Shown here: piece after piece, positions 9,608-18,288 of the stretch
How positions within the stretch are numbered: the stretch's first letter is position 1
Layout: every line of letters starts with the position of its first letter
Origin: Promethearchaeota archaeon
Lineage (GTDB): Archaea; Asgardarchaeota; Hermodarchaeia; Hermodarchaeales; Hermodarchaeaceae
Assembly (NCBI GenBank): GCA_048939245.1
Contig: JBHLPR010000024.1
Coordinates: 1-33,792 of the forward strand
DNA length: 33,792 nucleotides
Reading direction: 5' to 3'
Notes under the pieces: generated by a model
What the model was told of the DNA's origin: nothing
The model's input: the letters and a program-made list of their open reading frames with translations, nothing else
Databases searched by the model: none
Position numbers and translations under genes: made by a program

Positions 9608-10231
9608 TCATTTCGGATGAATATCACCGAGAGGCATAAGGTTCCGTTTGAAGGCTTCGTTGAGTATTGATGCGAATCCGTAATAGATAGCAATAAACCC
9701 GCAGGCAACTCCTTCCCATCCAGCGATAAGATTTAGCAGCGTATTTGCGGTTCCAGTATTATGCCATGTGTCCCATGCAAACCAGTGCCCGAACGCAAGA
9801 AGCCAAAAGAAGATGGCTAAGAGGAAGAAGAAAATCTGAAGTACCCGATTTGTTTTCATCGAACTTAAGAAGAGCCAGAAGCTGAACACGCCCCATAGAA
9901 AGAAGTAGGGCACCTGTACGAGCATCGCGATTGCGGGTTCAGTTATAGTTGGTGCAAGCCCAAGAAATGGCAGAAAATAGATTAGAACGTAAGTAAACCA
10001 GAAAGTGGACCCGAGAATGAAAGTTGTTGCGCTGAACGAATTCCCCAGTTTTAGTGACCACAGCCCTGCAACAAACGGAACAATGCCACCAGCAATTAAT
10101 GCCGAGGCAAAAACCACACTCAACCCATCTGCTGTGAAAATTTCTCCAAAGTAGAGAGCAAGAAGGATTAAAGCAAACCCAAAACCGATTGCGCCAAACG
10201 TTGATGGATTAGCCATTTGTTCGTTACTCAT
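9608..10231 (-). CDS. GPR1/FUN34/YaaH (SatP/AceTr) family carboxylate channel, divergent
   Basis: 'ANP...G..GFG', 'GNSF', 'WGVF', 'AGW.G..CG..AIY', 'LNEAFKR..MPLG'; six TM segments. Confidence 0.88.
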   Translation of the reverse strand: MSNEQMANPSTFGAIGFGFALILLALYFGEIFTADGLSVVFASALIAGGIVPFVAGLWSLKLGNSFSATTFILGSTFWFTYVLIYFLPFLGLAPTITEPAIAMLVQVPYFFLWGVFSFWLFLSSMKTNRVLQIFFFLLAIFFWLLAFGHWFAWDTWHNTGTANTLLNLIAGWEGVACGFIAIYYGFASILNEAFKRNLMPLGDIHPK

Positions 10232-10438
10232 TCATAATCACCTTTAACTCAGTGGTTTCCTGAAGACTAATTTGGCGTGTTCTATGTTACATTATATAAG
10301 ACTTTACTGCGTCTTGAAAAGAAGCAATGAAATTACCAGATATAAGGTTATGAAACCTAAAAATGTAACAAGAACAACAAACGAATAGGAGTATTAGTAG
10401 AATCACAAATTGCATCATCTAAGTACTAGGTGTTTCAT

Positions 10439-10981
10439 ATGAAGCGTGAACTGAAAGCTGGAACCGTTTTAGTCCCTTGCCCTGCAGTAATTGTATCTGT
10501 GGGTGATGAGAAGGAAACAAATTTGATCACACTTTCCTGGGTGGCAAACCTCTGTTCTAACCCTCCACGAATGGGAATTGGAGTGGTTACAAAGCGTCAC
10601 AGTTATGGCCTGCTCAAACGTATCGGCGATTTCGTCATTAATGTGCCATCCAAGATTCAAATCAAAGAAACTGTGATATGCGGGTCAAAATCAGGCCGTG
10701 ACATCGATAAGTTCGAAGTAACGGGATTTACTCCCAAGCCCTCCACAAAGATCACTTCTCCAATGATAAGCGAGTGCCCATTAAACATTGAATGTCGGAC
10801 ATGGAAAATTATCGAGGTGGGATCGCATCATCTCTTTATAGGGGATGTTGTTGCAGCTCATATTGACGAGGAAATGCTTGATGATGAGGGAAAACCAGAC
10901 TTGGCAAAAATGGAAATCTTTACATACAATCCCCTCGTAGGTCAATATTGGGCTGTCAACGAATTTCTCCGTAACCGATGA
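10439..10981 (+). CDS. Flavin reductase-like / flavoredoxin family protein
   Basis: 'PCPAVIVS', 'FVINVP', 'CGSKSGRDIDKF', 'ECPLNIEC', 'GSHHLFIGDV'. ATG at 10439 (track GTG 10430). Confidence 0.92.
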   Translation: MKRELKAGTVLVPCPAVIVSVGDEKETNLITLSWVANLCSNPPRMGIGVVTKRHSYGLLKRIGDFVINVPSKIQIKETVICGSKSGRDIDKFEVTGFTPKPSTKITSPMISECPLNIECRTWKIIEVGSHHLFIGDVVAAHIDEEMLDDEGKPDLAKMEIFTYNPLVGQYWAVNEFLRNR

Positions 10982-11054
10982 TTGACAATATTGAACAAGT
11001 CAGAGTTAAGCCAGACTCAGTTTGTTTATGCCGAAAAGGTCAATCTTTTAATTA

Positions 11055-11093
11055 GCGTATTAATTATACGCCAATAGGATACTGGTCAGTATC
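11055..11093. promoter_or_regulatory. Two adjacent palindromes: GCGTAT-TAATT-ATACGC (11055-11071) and GATACTG-GT-CAGTATC (11078-11093)
   Basis: Read directly, between an AT-rich TATA-like stretch and the GGAGG RBS of the 11110 gene. Confidence 0.5.
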
Positions 11094-11109
11094 ATTTGGA
11101 GGAAGGGTA

Positions 11110-12093
11110 TTGCCGAAATTGAGTACCATCCAAAACATGGCCATTCTTGGCGGACTAGGAGCAGCTCTGAGTCCATTCCTTACCCTTAGTGGCGCATTAT
11201 TCTGGATGACCCCCTGGTTCTATTCCTTCTACTATTATTCTAGTTTCGGTATGGTATTGTTTCTCCTCATATTCTTAATGGGAATTTTAGCCTGTGTAGT
11301 ATCGGTTCGCGCAGCAGGATATGTTAATAAAATGCCCCAACGCGCAGCGCCTGATTTGAAATCAATGGGGATACTTCTAGTCATCGTTGGCGTTATCGCT
11401 GTATTCAATTTTCTGGTTATTTTTTCAGGAATCCTCATTTTAGTGGCAGGAACTGAATGCGATGCTGCTTGGAAACGGATTCAACGGGCTCGATCCCAAA
11501 CCGGATGGCCGTATCAGACAGTGGCTACCGCAGCAGGAAACCCTTGGACTCGACGTATCTCATGTCGATTCTGTGGAGCCCCCCTCACAATTTTGAGAGC
11601 ATCAGCCAAAGCGCATCTGGTTCATCTCGAAACCAAATGCCCCCTCGATGAGACCTATGACACTATTGCACTTCCTCTCTCACGTTTGGACTCGTGGGCA
11701 CCGGTGGTCGCTGACCGCCTCCATCGATGTGAAAAATGTGGAGACCGCACTGCAGCCCTAATTGTGGTTGGGCATACAGGAATATTTACACGATTACAAG
11801 CTTATTGTCCGAACGGGCATACTAATCCAATGTATCGAAGGATATGGACGCCCCTTTACCCCCATGTAGCCCAAACACCAAGGGTCGATGTGGGATTTCA
11901 CGGTCGACCTGCCCCAGCACAATTTCAGCCAACGTTCCAACAAATACCTCCAACTCCAGTGACACAACCCTTATCCATATCTTCTAGCAAAGTAAGAGTC
12001 ACATCCGACCGACTATCGGGATTTTGTTCCCAGTGTGGAGTAAAAGTCGGTGCATCTGACATTTATTGCTTCAGATGTGGACATCAATTATGA
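11110..12093 (+). CDS. Membrane protein (about 3-4 TM) with tandem Cys/His metal fingers and C-terminal zinc ribbon
   Basis: Hydrophobic N-terminal third; CRFC..CPLD, CEKC..CPNGH; Pro/Gln linker; CSQC..CFRC. Confidence 0.8.
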   Translation: MPKLSTIQNMAILGGLGAALSPFLTLSGALFWMTPWFYSFYYYSSFGMVLFLLIFLMGILACVVSVRAAGYVNKMPQRAAPDLKSMGILLVIVGVIAVFNFLVIFSGILILVAGTECDAAWKRIQRARSQTGWPYQTVATAAGNPWTRRISCRFCGAPLTILRASAKAHLVHLETKCPLDETYDTIALPLSRLDSWAPVVADRLHRCEKCGDRTAALIVVGHTGIFTRLQAYCPNGHTNPMYRRIWTPLYPHVAQTPRVDVGFHGRPAPAQFQPTFQQIPPTPVTQPLSISSSKVRVTSDRLSGFCSQCGVKVGASDIYCFRCGHQL

Positions 12094-12099
12094 CAGTAA

Positions 12100-12633
12100 G
12101 TGAGACACATGGTTCAAGCAGCAATCGAAGCTAACCTCACCTGTTCTTGTGGCACCCCGTTCATCGTCATGACCCTTGATCCTGCCCCGAATGATAAAAT
12201 CACTGCACTTCTCGTCTGCCCAAGACATAAGGTAGGTCACCATATTACCCTTGACCACTCCGGTCTAGATCTGTGGGTTGGAATCGTCGCCGACCATCTC
12301 TATCGATGTGCAGTATGTGGGAGGGAACTACCTCCATCCCCAACAGTGAGTTCTTCTGAAGTGGCAACAACTTTCACACTTAACTGTCCTGTCCACGGCA
12401 CCCAAAACAACACTCGAACGGTTTGGAGTGTTCTACACCGAAGACTCCTTGCTGAGATTCAGCATCGGCGCACGCTTGCAGAACCTATTCAGGTGTCTCC
12501 AAAACAAGAAGAGCCTAAAACGCGACCAGCTGTAGAATCATCTGCTCCGAAGGCGATTTTTTGTCCCCAATGTGGTAAAAAAATCCGCCCCCAAGATTTC
12601 TTTTGTTATCACTGTGGAGCTGCCATTGACTAA
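12100..12633 (+). CDS. Soluble paralog of the 11110 C-terminal region (tandem metal fingers plus zinc ribbon)
   Basis: CSC..CPRH, CAVC..CPVH, CPQC..CYHC; 6 nt after the upstream stop. Confidence 0.82.
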   Translation: MRHMVQAAIEANLTCSCGTPFIVMTLDPAPNDKITALLVCPRHKVGHHITLDHSGLDLWVGIVADHLYRCAVCGRELPPSPTVSSSEVATTFTLNCPVHGTQNNTRTVWSVLHRRLLAEIQHRRTLAEPIQVSPKQEEPKTRPAVESSAPKAIFCPQCGKKIRPQDFFCYHCGAAID

Positions 12634-12676
12634 GTTGAGGTCATCACGCCTTACAAATACACTGGCGATTGACGGA

Positions 12677-14257
12677 TTATGAGGATTCGAAAAAGGCTTT
12701 TCCAAACGAATGGAAGAGGAGCTTTTTAATCATTGGAGCAGCAGGATTCCCACGTGCATAAATAAAATATACTAAGCTTCCAAGTATGGGAACAAGAAAA
12801 CTGCTCACAAATGCTTTCCACGAGTTGAATCTTAGCCGGGGTCGCCACACATCTAAATTAAACTTCCATGCTCGAGTAAATACTTCCCATTGTAAATCTG
12901 TAAGGGCGTCGATTTCAGGTTGACTTCCCTGACTAAGTATGGAGGGTTGCAGCGGAACCCAAAGAAGAGGAGTAACGAATAATTTCATGCCTTTCATATC
13001 GTCGAGTAGTTCTAATGTGGCATTCACATCTTCTTCCTCTTCACCTGGTAATCCCACAAGCCATGTCGTAAGAGGAAACCACCGATTATCGTTTAGAATA
13101 CCCATAGCCTGCTTTACAATTTCGGGCCACTCTTTGGGTTTGAAAGGCAACGCCTTCCCTGCCATGCGTTCTTTAAATAATCGGACACTTCCAGTTTCGA
13201 TGCCTGCTTCTGCAGTAACATAGGGTTTACCTCCATGTTGGTAACGACCATGAGAAACTAAAAGTTCAGCTACTTCTTCTGTACACTTTGGATCAACCAC
13301 CACTGGCGCCAAGGCGATATGAGCCGGTTGAACATATTTCAGGTCAGGAACACTGACAAGAGTTTCTATTAAATTGACAATTGCTTTACGATTGGGTATA
13401 AAATGTGATGATTTGAGACCATAAAGAAAGAGATCTTCGGTGGCTAAAATTGCCATTTCATTTCCAGCTTCGACATTGACCTGAACCTCATTTAGAATCT
13501 TATCGATTGGAATGGAAAAGCGTCGTCGTTGTGTCGGAGAACAAAATTGGCAGCCCCGACCACAACCTCTTGTAATTTCCACTGTACCATGGAGGGACCC
13601 CCCACGAATTTGTGGAGTTTCTTCAGCAGTTCTTAGAGTTCCACCTACTGTGGTTGGAGGAAGTGGTTGACCTTTGATGGCCTTCTGAAACAGTTCCACG
13701 ACTTCTGGACCAACTTCACCTGTAACGACACAATCGATTCCTAATGTCTCTCGCGCTGCTGATCCAGCAACCTGCCATGCCCCTGCCCCTCCAGCAATCA
13801 CTTTTATTTGTCCCTGGTCGTGGGCTTTAGCAATTGCTGTCTTTCGTATTAGATTACGGAATTCGATGCGGTTCCGTGGTACGGTCCCCAAAGCAAACAT
13901 GCTTGAATAGGTTAAACTAACATAAGCGATTCCTAAGGGGTCCATACTTGATACACCGACAACACGGGTATCAGGTCCGATAAATTGATCCAAATTTTTT
14001 GGATGAACTACAGCAACTTCTGACTCATCAAAGCCATTATCGAGGAGTAACGCTTCAGCTTTACGTAAACCGTATGGTGCGATTCGGGCCTTCCCATTCG
14101 GAAGATCTGATTCTTTTGGCATGTAAAGGGGTTTGAGAAAGCTGGGAATGAGTAGAAAAGATCCTGCGAAGGCCCCGAATGGATCATCACCAAAATGACT
14201 CATTTCGATTTCAGAAGCAGTCAATACAATCTTTGTGCCGTTCTCCGTTTGACCCAT
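12677..14257 (-). CDS. Radical SAM protein with B12-binding-like N-terminal domain; resembles the GDGT-modifying Grs/Gms family
   Basis: 'EITRGCGRGCQFCSP' (CxxxCxxC), 'APYGLRKAEA', 'SSMDPLG', 'GIETGS', 'VGLPGE'. Radical SAM call is firm; subfamily is from recall. Confidence 0.85.
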   Translation of the reverse strand: MGQTENGTKIVLTASEIEMSHFGDDPFGAFAGSFLLIPSFLKPLYMPKESDLPNGKARIAPYGLRKAEALLLDNGFDESEVAVVHPKNLDQFIGPDTRVVGVSSMDPLGIAYVSLTYSSMFALGTVPRNRIEFRNLIRKTAIAKAHDQGQIKVIAGGAGAWQVAGSAARETLGIDCVVTGEVGPEVVELFQKAIKGQPLPPTTVGGTLRTAEETPQIRGGSLHGTVEITRGCGRGCQFCSPTQRRRFSIPIDKILNEVQVNVEAGNEMAILATEDLFLYGLKSSHFIPNRKAIVNLIETLVSVPDLKYVQPAHIALAPVVVDPKCTEEVAELLVSHGRYQHGGKPYVTAEAGIETGSVRLFKERMAGKALPFKPKEWPEIVKQAMGILNDNRWFPLTTWLVGLPGEEEEDVNATLELLDDMKGMKLFVTPLLWVPLQPSILSQGSQPEIDALTDLQWEVFTRAWKFNLDVWRPRLRFNSWKAFVSSFLVPILGSLVYFIYARGNPAAPMIKKLLFHSFGKAFFESS

Positions 14258-14375
14258 TCAATGACCTCAGCTGATAGACGCTGACTGTGCTCTTACACCC
14301 AATAAAGCTTCTGCACCATAAACTTGGTTCTTGGAAATGAAAAATCGCTTGCACACCTGGGTGCTCAATGGGAAA

Positions 14376-14828
14376 TTATGATTTCTCTAATTTAGCTCTG
14401 AGATTTTCAAGGGTTTGACGAGCATCAGAACGAATTTGTACATCAAGTTGTTTCCGAGTTTTTTCATCAAGTTTTCGACCTAAAAATACCTCAGGAATAG
14501 CATAAGTAATTTGATAGGTAACTCGTGTTCCACTTGCAGTGTGCTCAAAAAACCATTTAGCATCTTTAAACGGTTGTCCAGATAATGACTGCACACGGAG
14601 TGAACGCCCCAGTTGTAATTCTACAACTTCCAGTTCTTGAGTAAACCGAAAGTCATTGACACTAACGCCCATAGCAAAACGTGCACCCACACCCCACAAG
14701 GCTTCAGTTGTTGGATCATAACTTGTCACAGAGGCAATGAATTTGGATGCGTTGCGATGATTCACCGCGTATTTAAACACCTGCTCGAGTGGAGCTTTGA
14801 TTTCAATACTTTCGCTAATTTCTGTCAT
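14376..14828 (-). CDS. SRPBCC/START-fold ligand-binding protein
   Basis: 'ISESIEIKAPLEQVF', 'GVGARF', 'GTRVTY', C-terminal 'LENLRAKLE'. Confidence 0.88.
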   Translation of the reverse strand: MTEISESIEIKAPLEQVFKYAVNHRNASKFIASVTSYDPTTEALWGVGARFAMGVSVNDFRFTQELEVVELQLGRSLRVQSLSGQPFKDAKWFFEHTASGTRVTYQITYAIPEVFLGRKLDEKTRKQLDVQIRSDARQTLENLRAKLEKS

Positions 14829-14873
14829 TTTGTGTTTCCCTTGTTGTGTATCGTATCCTTCTAATTCTAAAAT

Positions 14874-16202
14874 TTAGCGATGTAAATATTCCTCCCATTC
14901 CCAATCGGTGACCGTGCCATGAGTATACTCGTACCATTCCGCTTTGCGGATTTTTTGGTATAGGTCACAGAATTCTTGACCTAATAAATTGCGGAGAACC
15001 TTATTCTGTTGAAGAGCTTGAAGGGCGCCTTTTAGAGTGTCTGGGAGCTGTTGGATTTTTAGCTGCTGCAATTGCTTGGAAGCAAGATGGTACAAATCTT
15101 GAGTAACTGGTTCAGGAGCTTGCAGATTTCGTTCAATTCCATCCATTCCAGCGCCCATCAGCACAGAGAATAACAGGTAGGGATTGGCTAGTGGATCGGA
15201 AGAGCGAAACTCTACAGCAGCTTGTTCTACCTTTGTGAAAAGGGGAATGCGAATAAGGGCAGATCGATTAAGATAGCCCCACGAGATATAGACAGGGGCT
15301 TCAAATCCAGGAACAAGTCGCTTGAAGGAATTCACCGTGGGATTAGCTAAAGCGGTTATTGCAGGGGCATTATCTAATAAGCCCGCTACAAACTTGCAAC
15401 CTGATTCGGTAAGGGTTCCATCGGGATTGCCAAGAAGGTTTTTCTTCCCCTGCCATAGTTGGAGATGACAATGAAGCCCACTTCCCGCTTGGCTGGGAAA
15501 GGGTTTGGGCATGAAACTGACTTCAACATCATAGAGGGCTGCACGTCTACGGAGAAGAAGTTTGAAGAGCATGAAATTATCAGCTGCTTGTCCAAGTTCG
15601 GTGAAGGCTAGCTCTATTTCCTGCTGACTTTGTCCATGCTCAGAATGCAACCATGCTGTTTCAATTCCAATTGCGCGTAAATCGAGAGCTGTTTCTAAAA
15701 GTAGATCCATACCCTTATTGTCTGGGAAGATATCTGCGTATCCTGCGGCATCTAGGGGAACTCCATCTTCGGTGAGGAAGTAGAACTCTGGTTCTAGTTT
15801 CACTCGTATCTGAAGCCCCTTTGAAGCGAGCATTTCTAGATTCCGCTTAAGGATGGTTCGTGGAGCAAGAGGATGAGGTATTAAATGCCCTTGCGAATCA
15901 CGTTGAAAAACATCAGCGATGACAACTGCTCGACGTGGAATACTATTGGGTAGTTCTTGGAGTGTGGAAATATCTGGAACAAGTCGAAGATCTGAAGAAG
16001 TAATAGGTGCTAATCCTTTTACCGAGGAACCATCAACCCCACAACCAGAAACGAGACTTGGATTCTTTTTTAACGTAGCAACGGAATCAACCGGGCTAAT
16101 AGGCACCGTCATTCCCTTTGATACACCATCAATATCAACAGTGAGTAATTCAACAAAATGGAGTTTACCTCGATTTTCTCTAGGAATCGTTTCTTCAGAC
16201 AT
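14874..16202 (-). CDS. glnA: Glutamine synthetase type I family
   Basis: DGSS, EPEF, HSE..QQEI, FMPKP, GSGLHCH, KRLVPGFEAP, NRSALIRIP, EFR..DP.ANPYL. Confidence 0.9.
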   Translation of the reverse strand: MSEETIPRENRGKLHFVELLTVDIDGVSKGMTVPISPVDSVATLKKNPSLVSGCGVDGSSVKGLAPITSSDLRLVPDISTLQELPNSIPRRAVVIADVFQRDSQGHLIPHPLAPRTILKRNLEMLASKGLQIRVKLEPEFYFLTEDGVPLDAAGYADIFPDNKGMDLLLETALDLRAIGIETAWLHSEHGQSQQEIELAFTELGQAADNFMLFKLLLRRRAALYDVEVSFMPKPFPSQAGSGLHCHLQLWQGKKNLLGNPDGTLTESGCKFVAGLLDNAPAITALANPTVNSFKRLVPGFEAPVYISWGYLNRSALIRIPLFTKVEQAAVEFRSSDPLANPYLLFSVLMGAGMDGIERNLQAPEPVTQDLYHLASKQLQQLKIQQLPDTLKGALQALQQNKVLRNLLGQEFCDLYQKIRKAEWYEYTHGTVTDWEWEEYLHR

Positions 16203-16350
16203 GTTTGTTACCTCTAATTGAAGCCAAGGAAGATAAAACAGGGATGTGACCTTTTAAAGCTTAATATGATATTAGCTGACCACCAATCATCTTAGATTTG
16301 GATAAGTTTATTGGGACAAACTCCACTTTGAGCATAAGAGGGTCAATTGC

Positions 16351-18288
16351 ATGAAAGGGGCGCGAACAGGATTTCTTCTTCTAATTCTTCTGTGCAGCCT
16401 TACATCATCTTTGATTCTTCATGCCCCCTCCAAGCTAATTTTCATCACACCAATAGCGGTGGCTTCTAACACCCAATCTACTGAAGTTAATTTTCTCGCA
16501 TCTCCATTAGTAAACTTCGCACCGATGACAAATGGCAATTCACCTCGAAATTGGACAGTACTTGTCTATATGGCTGCAGATAATAATGAAGAAATTGCAG
16601 CGGTCCAGAATCTCAACGAAATGGAAATTGTGGGTTCAACGCACCAAGTTAACATCCTTGTCTATGTGGATTTCCTAACAAATTACACTGGCTATGGCCC
16701 TGGCGCTTTAACTCTAAACATAACGAAAGACGACCCACCAACCAATAGTACGATCTCTTCAATGCCAGTTAATACCCCTCTTCCTCTCGAGCCGAATATG
16801 GGAGATCCTGCGACTTTGCTCGCCTTTATTCAATTCGCCCAAAATTATTCCCAAGCAGACCATTATATGCTGATTCTTTGGGGTAAAGGAACGGGCTATA
16901 CAGGCGTATGTGACGACCAAACGAGTGGTGGCGACCGACTACGTCCGCAAGAAATAGCGTGGGTGCTAGAAAACGATACGATTGAGCCAATCGACATTAC
17001 TGCCTTTGATGCATCGCTCATGGGACAGCTTGAACTCGCCTTTGAAATTCAGAACGGAACAGACTACATAATCTACTCCGAAGAAAACGTGCCCATGCAA
17101 CACTTTCCGTATCATATTATCTTAAACAGCCTTACTATTCACGAAGATTCATCCCCCATTCTGCTAGCCAAAGAAGTCGTTGATAGATATATCGAAGCCT
17201 ATTCAGCTGGGGGTACCTACTATCTAGATTTCACCCGACCGCCGACCGCCCTAAGTCTTTCCGTTATCAATACATCTCAGATAGCGGATGTGTTTCTCTG
17301 GTTCAATCAGACCATCAATTGGTTTAACACCAGTTACAATACCTATCACTACTATTCGCAAATCAGTACCGCAAGAGGTTTGACCCAGCAATTTAGCATC
17401 CCTCATTACATCGATTTGCTAGGATTTACCCAACAATTGTTTCAGCAGATACCAAACCCATCTTTCAGAAATTATGCAGGTAACCTAAGTGAGAGCATAC
17501 AAGAAGCAGTATCTTACCAACGTCATTTATCCGGCATCCCAGGGGCTAGTGGATTCGGCATCAATTTTGATTATTATCTGCCAATACCGCTCTCACTTCT
17601 TACGATGACTGCATATACCTCCTTTCTTTCAACGTTTCTGACTATTGGCGAAACTAATTCCACTTCATATACAACTTTCTCGCTTAGCAGTATCACCGGC
17701 TATCTTGACGGAGAAGCCGACTCGGTATACTATCGATTTACCCCCGAAATTGCTGCAGAACATACCATCACTCTCACTAGTTTCCAAACAGTCGATGAAG
17801 ACTTTGACCTGTATCTCTATGATGAAAATCTAAACTTGTTAGCTAGATCCATCGAATTGAGCTCTCATGAAGCTGTACAATGGGCGTTGGTTCCAGGAGA
17901 AATTTATTATCTCCAGATTTATTCAAATCCTCGACAGGACATTACCTATGGACTCGGTTCATTTGAAATCGTGATTAGCCCTGGACCACCAGTGAATCCC
18001 GTCGCGATGGTTGTTCAAATCGGGATTATTGTTACAATTGGCTGTGTCATTCTTCTTATTGGTTATATCATTTGGCGAAAACGAGAATCTATCCGACGAC
18101 AAATCCAACGATACCGAATTCGGCGTATGGCAAGGCGGCTCAGAGAAGAGGCAACAGCTGATGAGGAGAGTACGTCTCCTGCAGTCGCGACTTGTGAAAA
18201 ATGTGGTGAACAGTTACCTGAGGATGCTAGATACTGTCCGATATGTGGCGAAACTTTTACAGGCCCTGCTGACGAACCCAAGGTCTAA
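16351..18288 (+). CDS. Clostripain (C11)-fold single-pass membrane protein with substituted dyad, PPC-like domain and C-terminal zinc ribbon
   Basis: Signal peptide; 'WTVLVYMAADNN', 'EPNMGDPATL', 'YMLILWGKGTG', 'FDASLMG', 'SEE'; 'DFDLYLYD' PPC-like; TM; Arg-rich stretch; CEKC..CPIC. Confidence 0.88.
   Translation: MKGARTGFLLLILLCSLTSSLILHAPSKLIFITPIAVASNTQSTEVNFLASPLVNFAPMTNGNSPRNWTVLVYMAADNNEEIAAVQNLNEMEIVGSTHQVNILVYVDFLTNYTGYGPGALTLNITKDDPPTNSTISSMPVNTPLPLEPNMGDPATLLAFIQFAQNYSQADHYMLILWGKGTGYTGVCDDQTSGGDRLRPQEIAWVLENDTIEPIDITAFDASLMGQLELAFEIQNGTDYIIYSEENVPMQHFPYHIILNSLTIHEDSSPILLAKEVVDRYIEAYSAGGTYYLDFTRPPTALSLSVINTSQIADVFLWFNQTINWFNTSYNTYHYYSQISTARGLTQQFSIPHYIDLLGFTQQLFQQIPNPSFRNYAGNLSESIQEAVSYQRHLSGIPGASGFGINFDYYLPIPLSLLTMTAYTSFLSTFLTIGETNSTSYTTFSLSSITGYLDGEADSVYYRFTPEIAAEHTITLTSFQTVDEDFDLYLYDENLNLLARSIELSSHEAVQWALVPGEIYYLQIYSNPRQDITYGLGSFEIVISPGPPVNPVAMVVQIGIIVTIGCVILLIGYIIWRKRESIRRQIQRYRIRRMARRLREEATADEESTSPAVATCEKCGEQLPEDARYCPICGETFTGPADEPKV

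Noticed and set aside
14874-16202. GlnA as a non-GS gamma-glutamyl-amine ligase
   Set aside because: Ammonium-site features (DGSS Asp/Ser, GY Tyr, EAP flap Glu) are retained, favouring a true GS.
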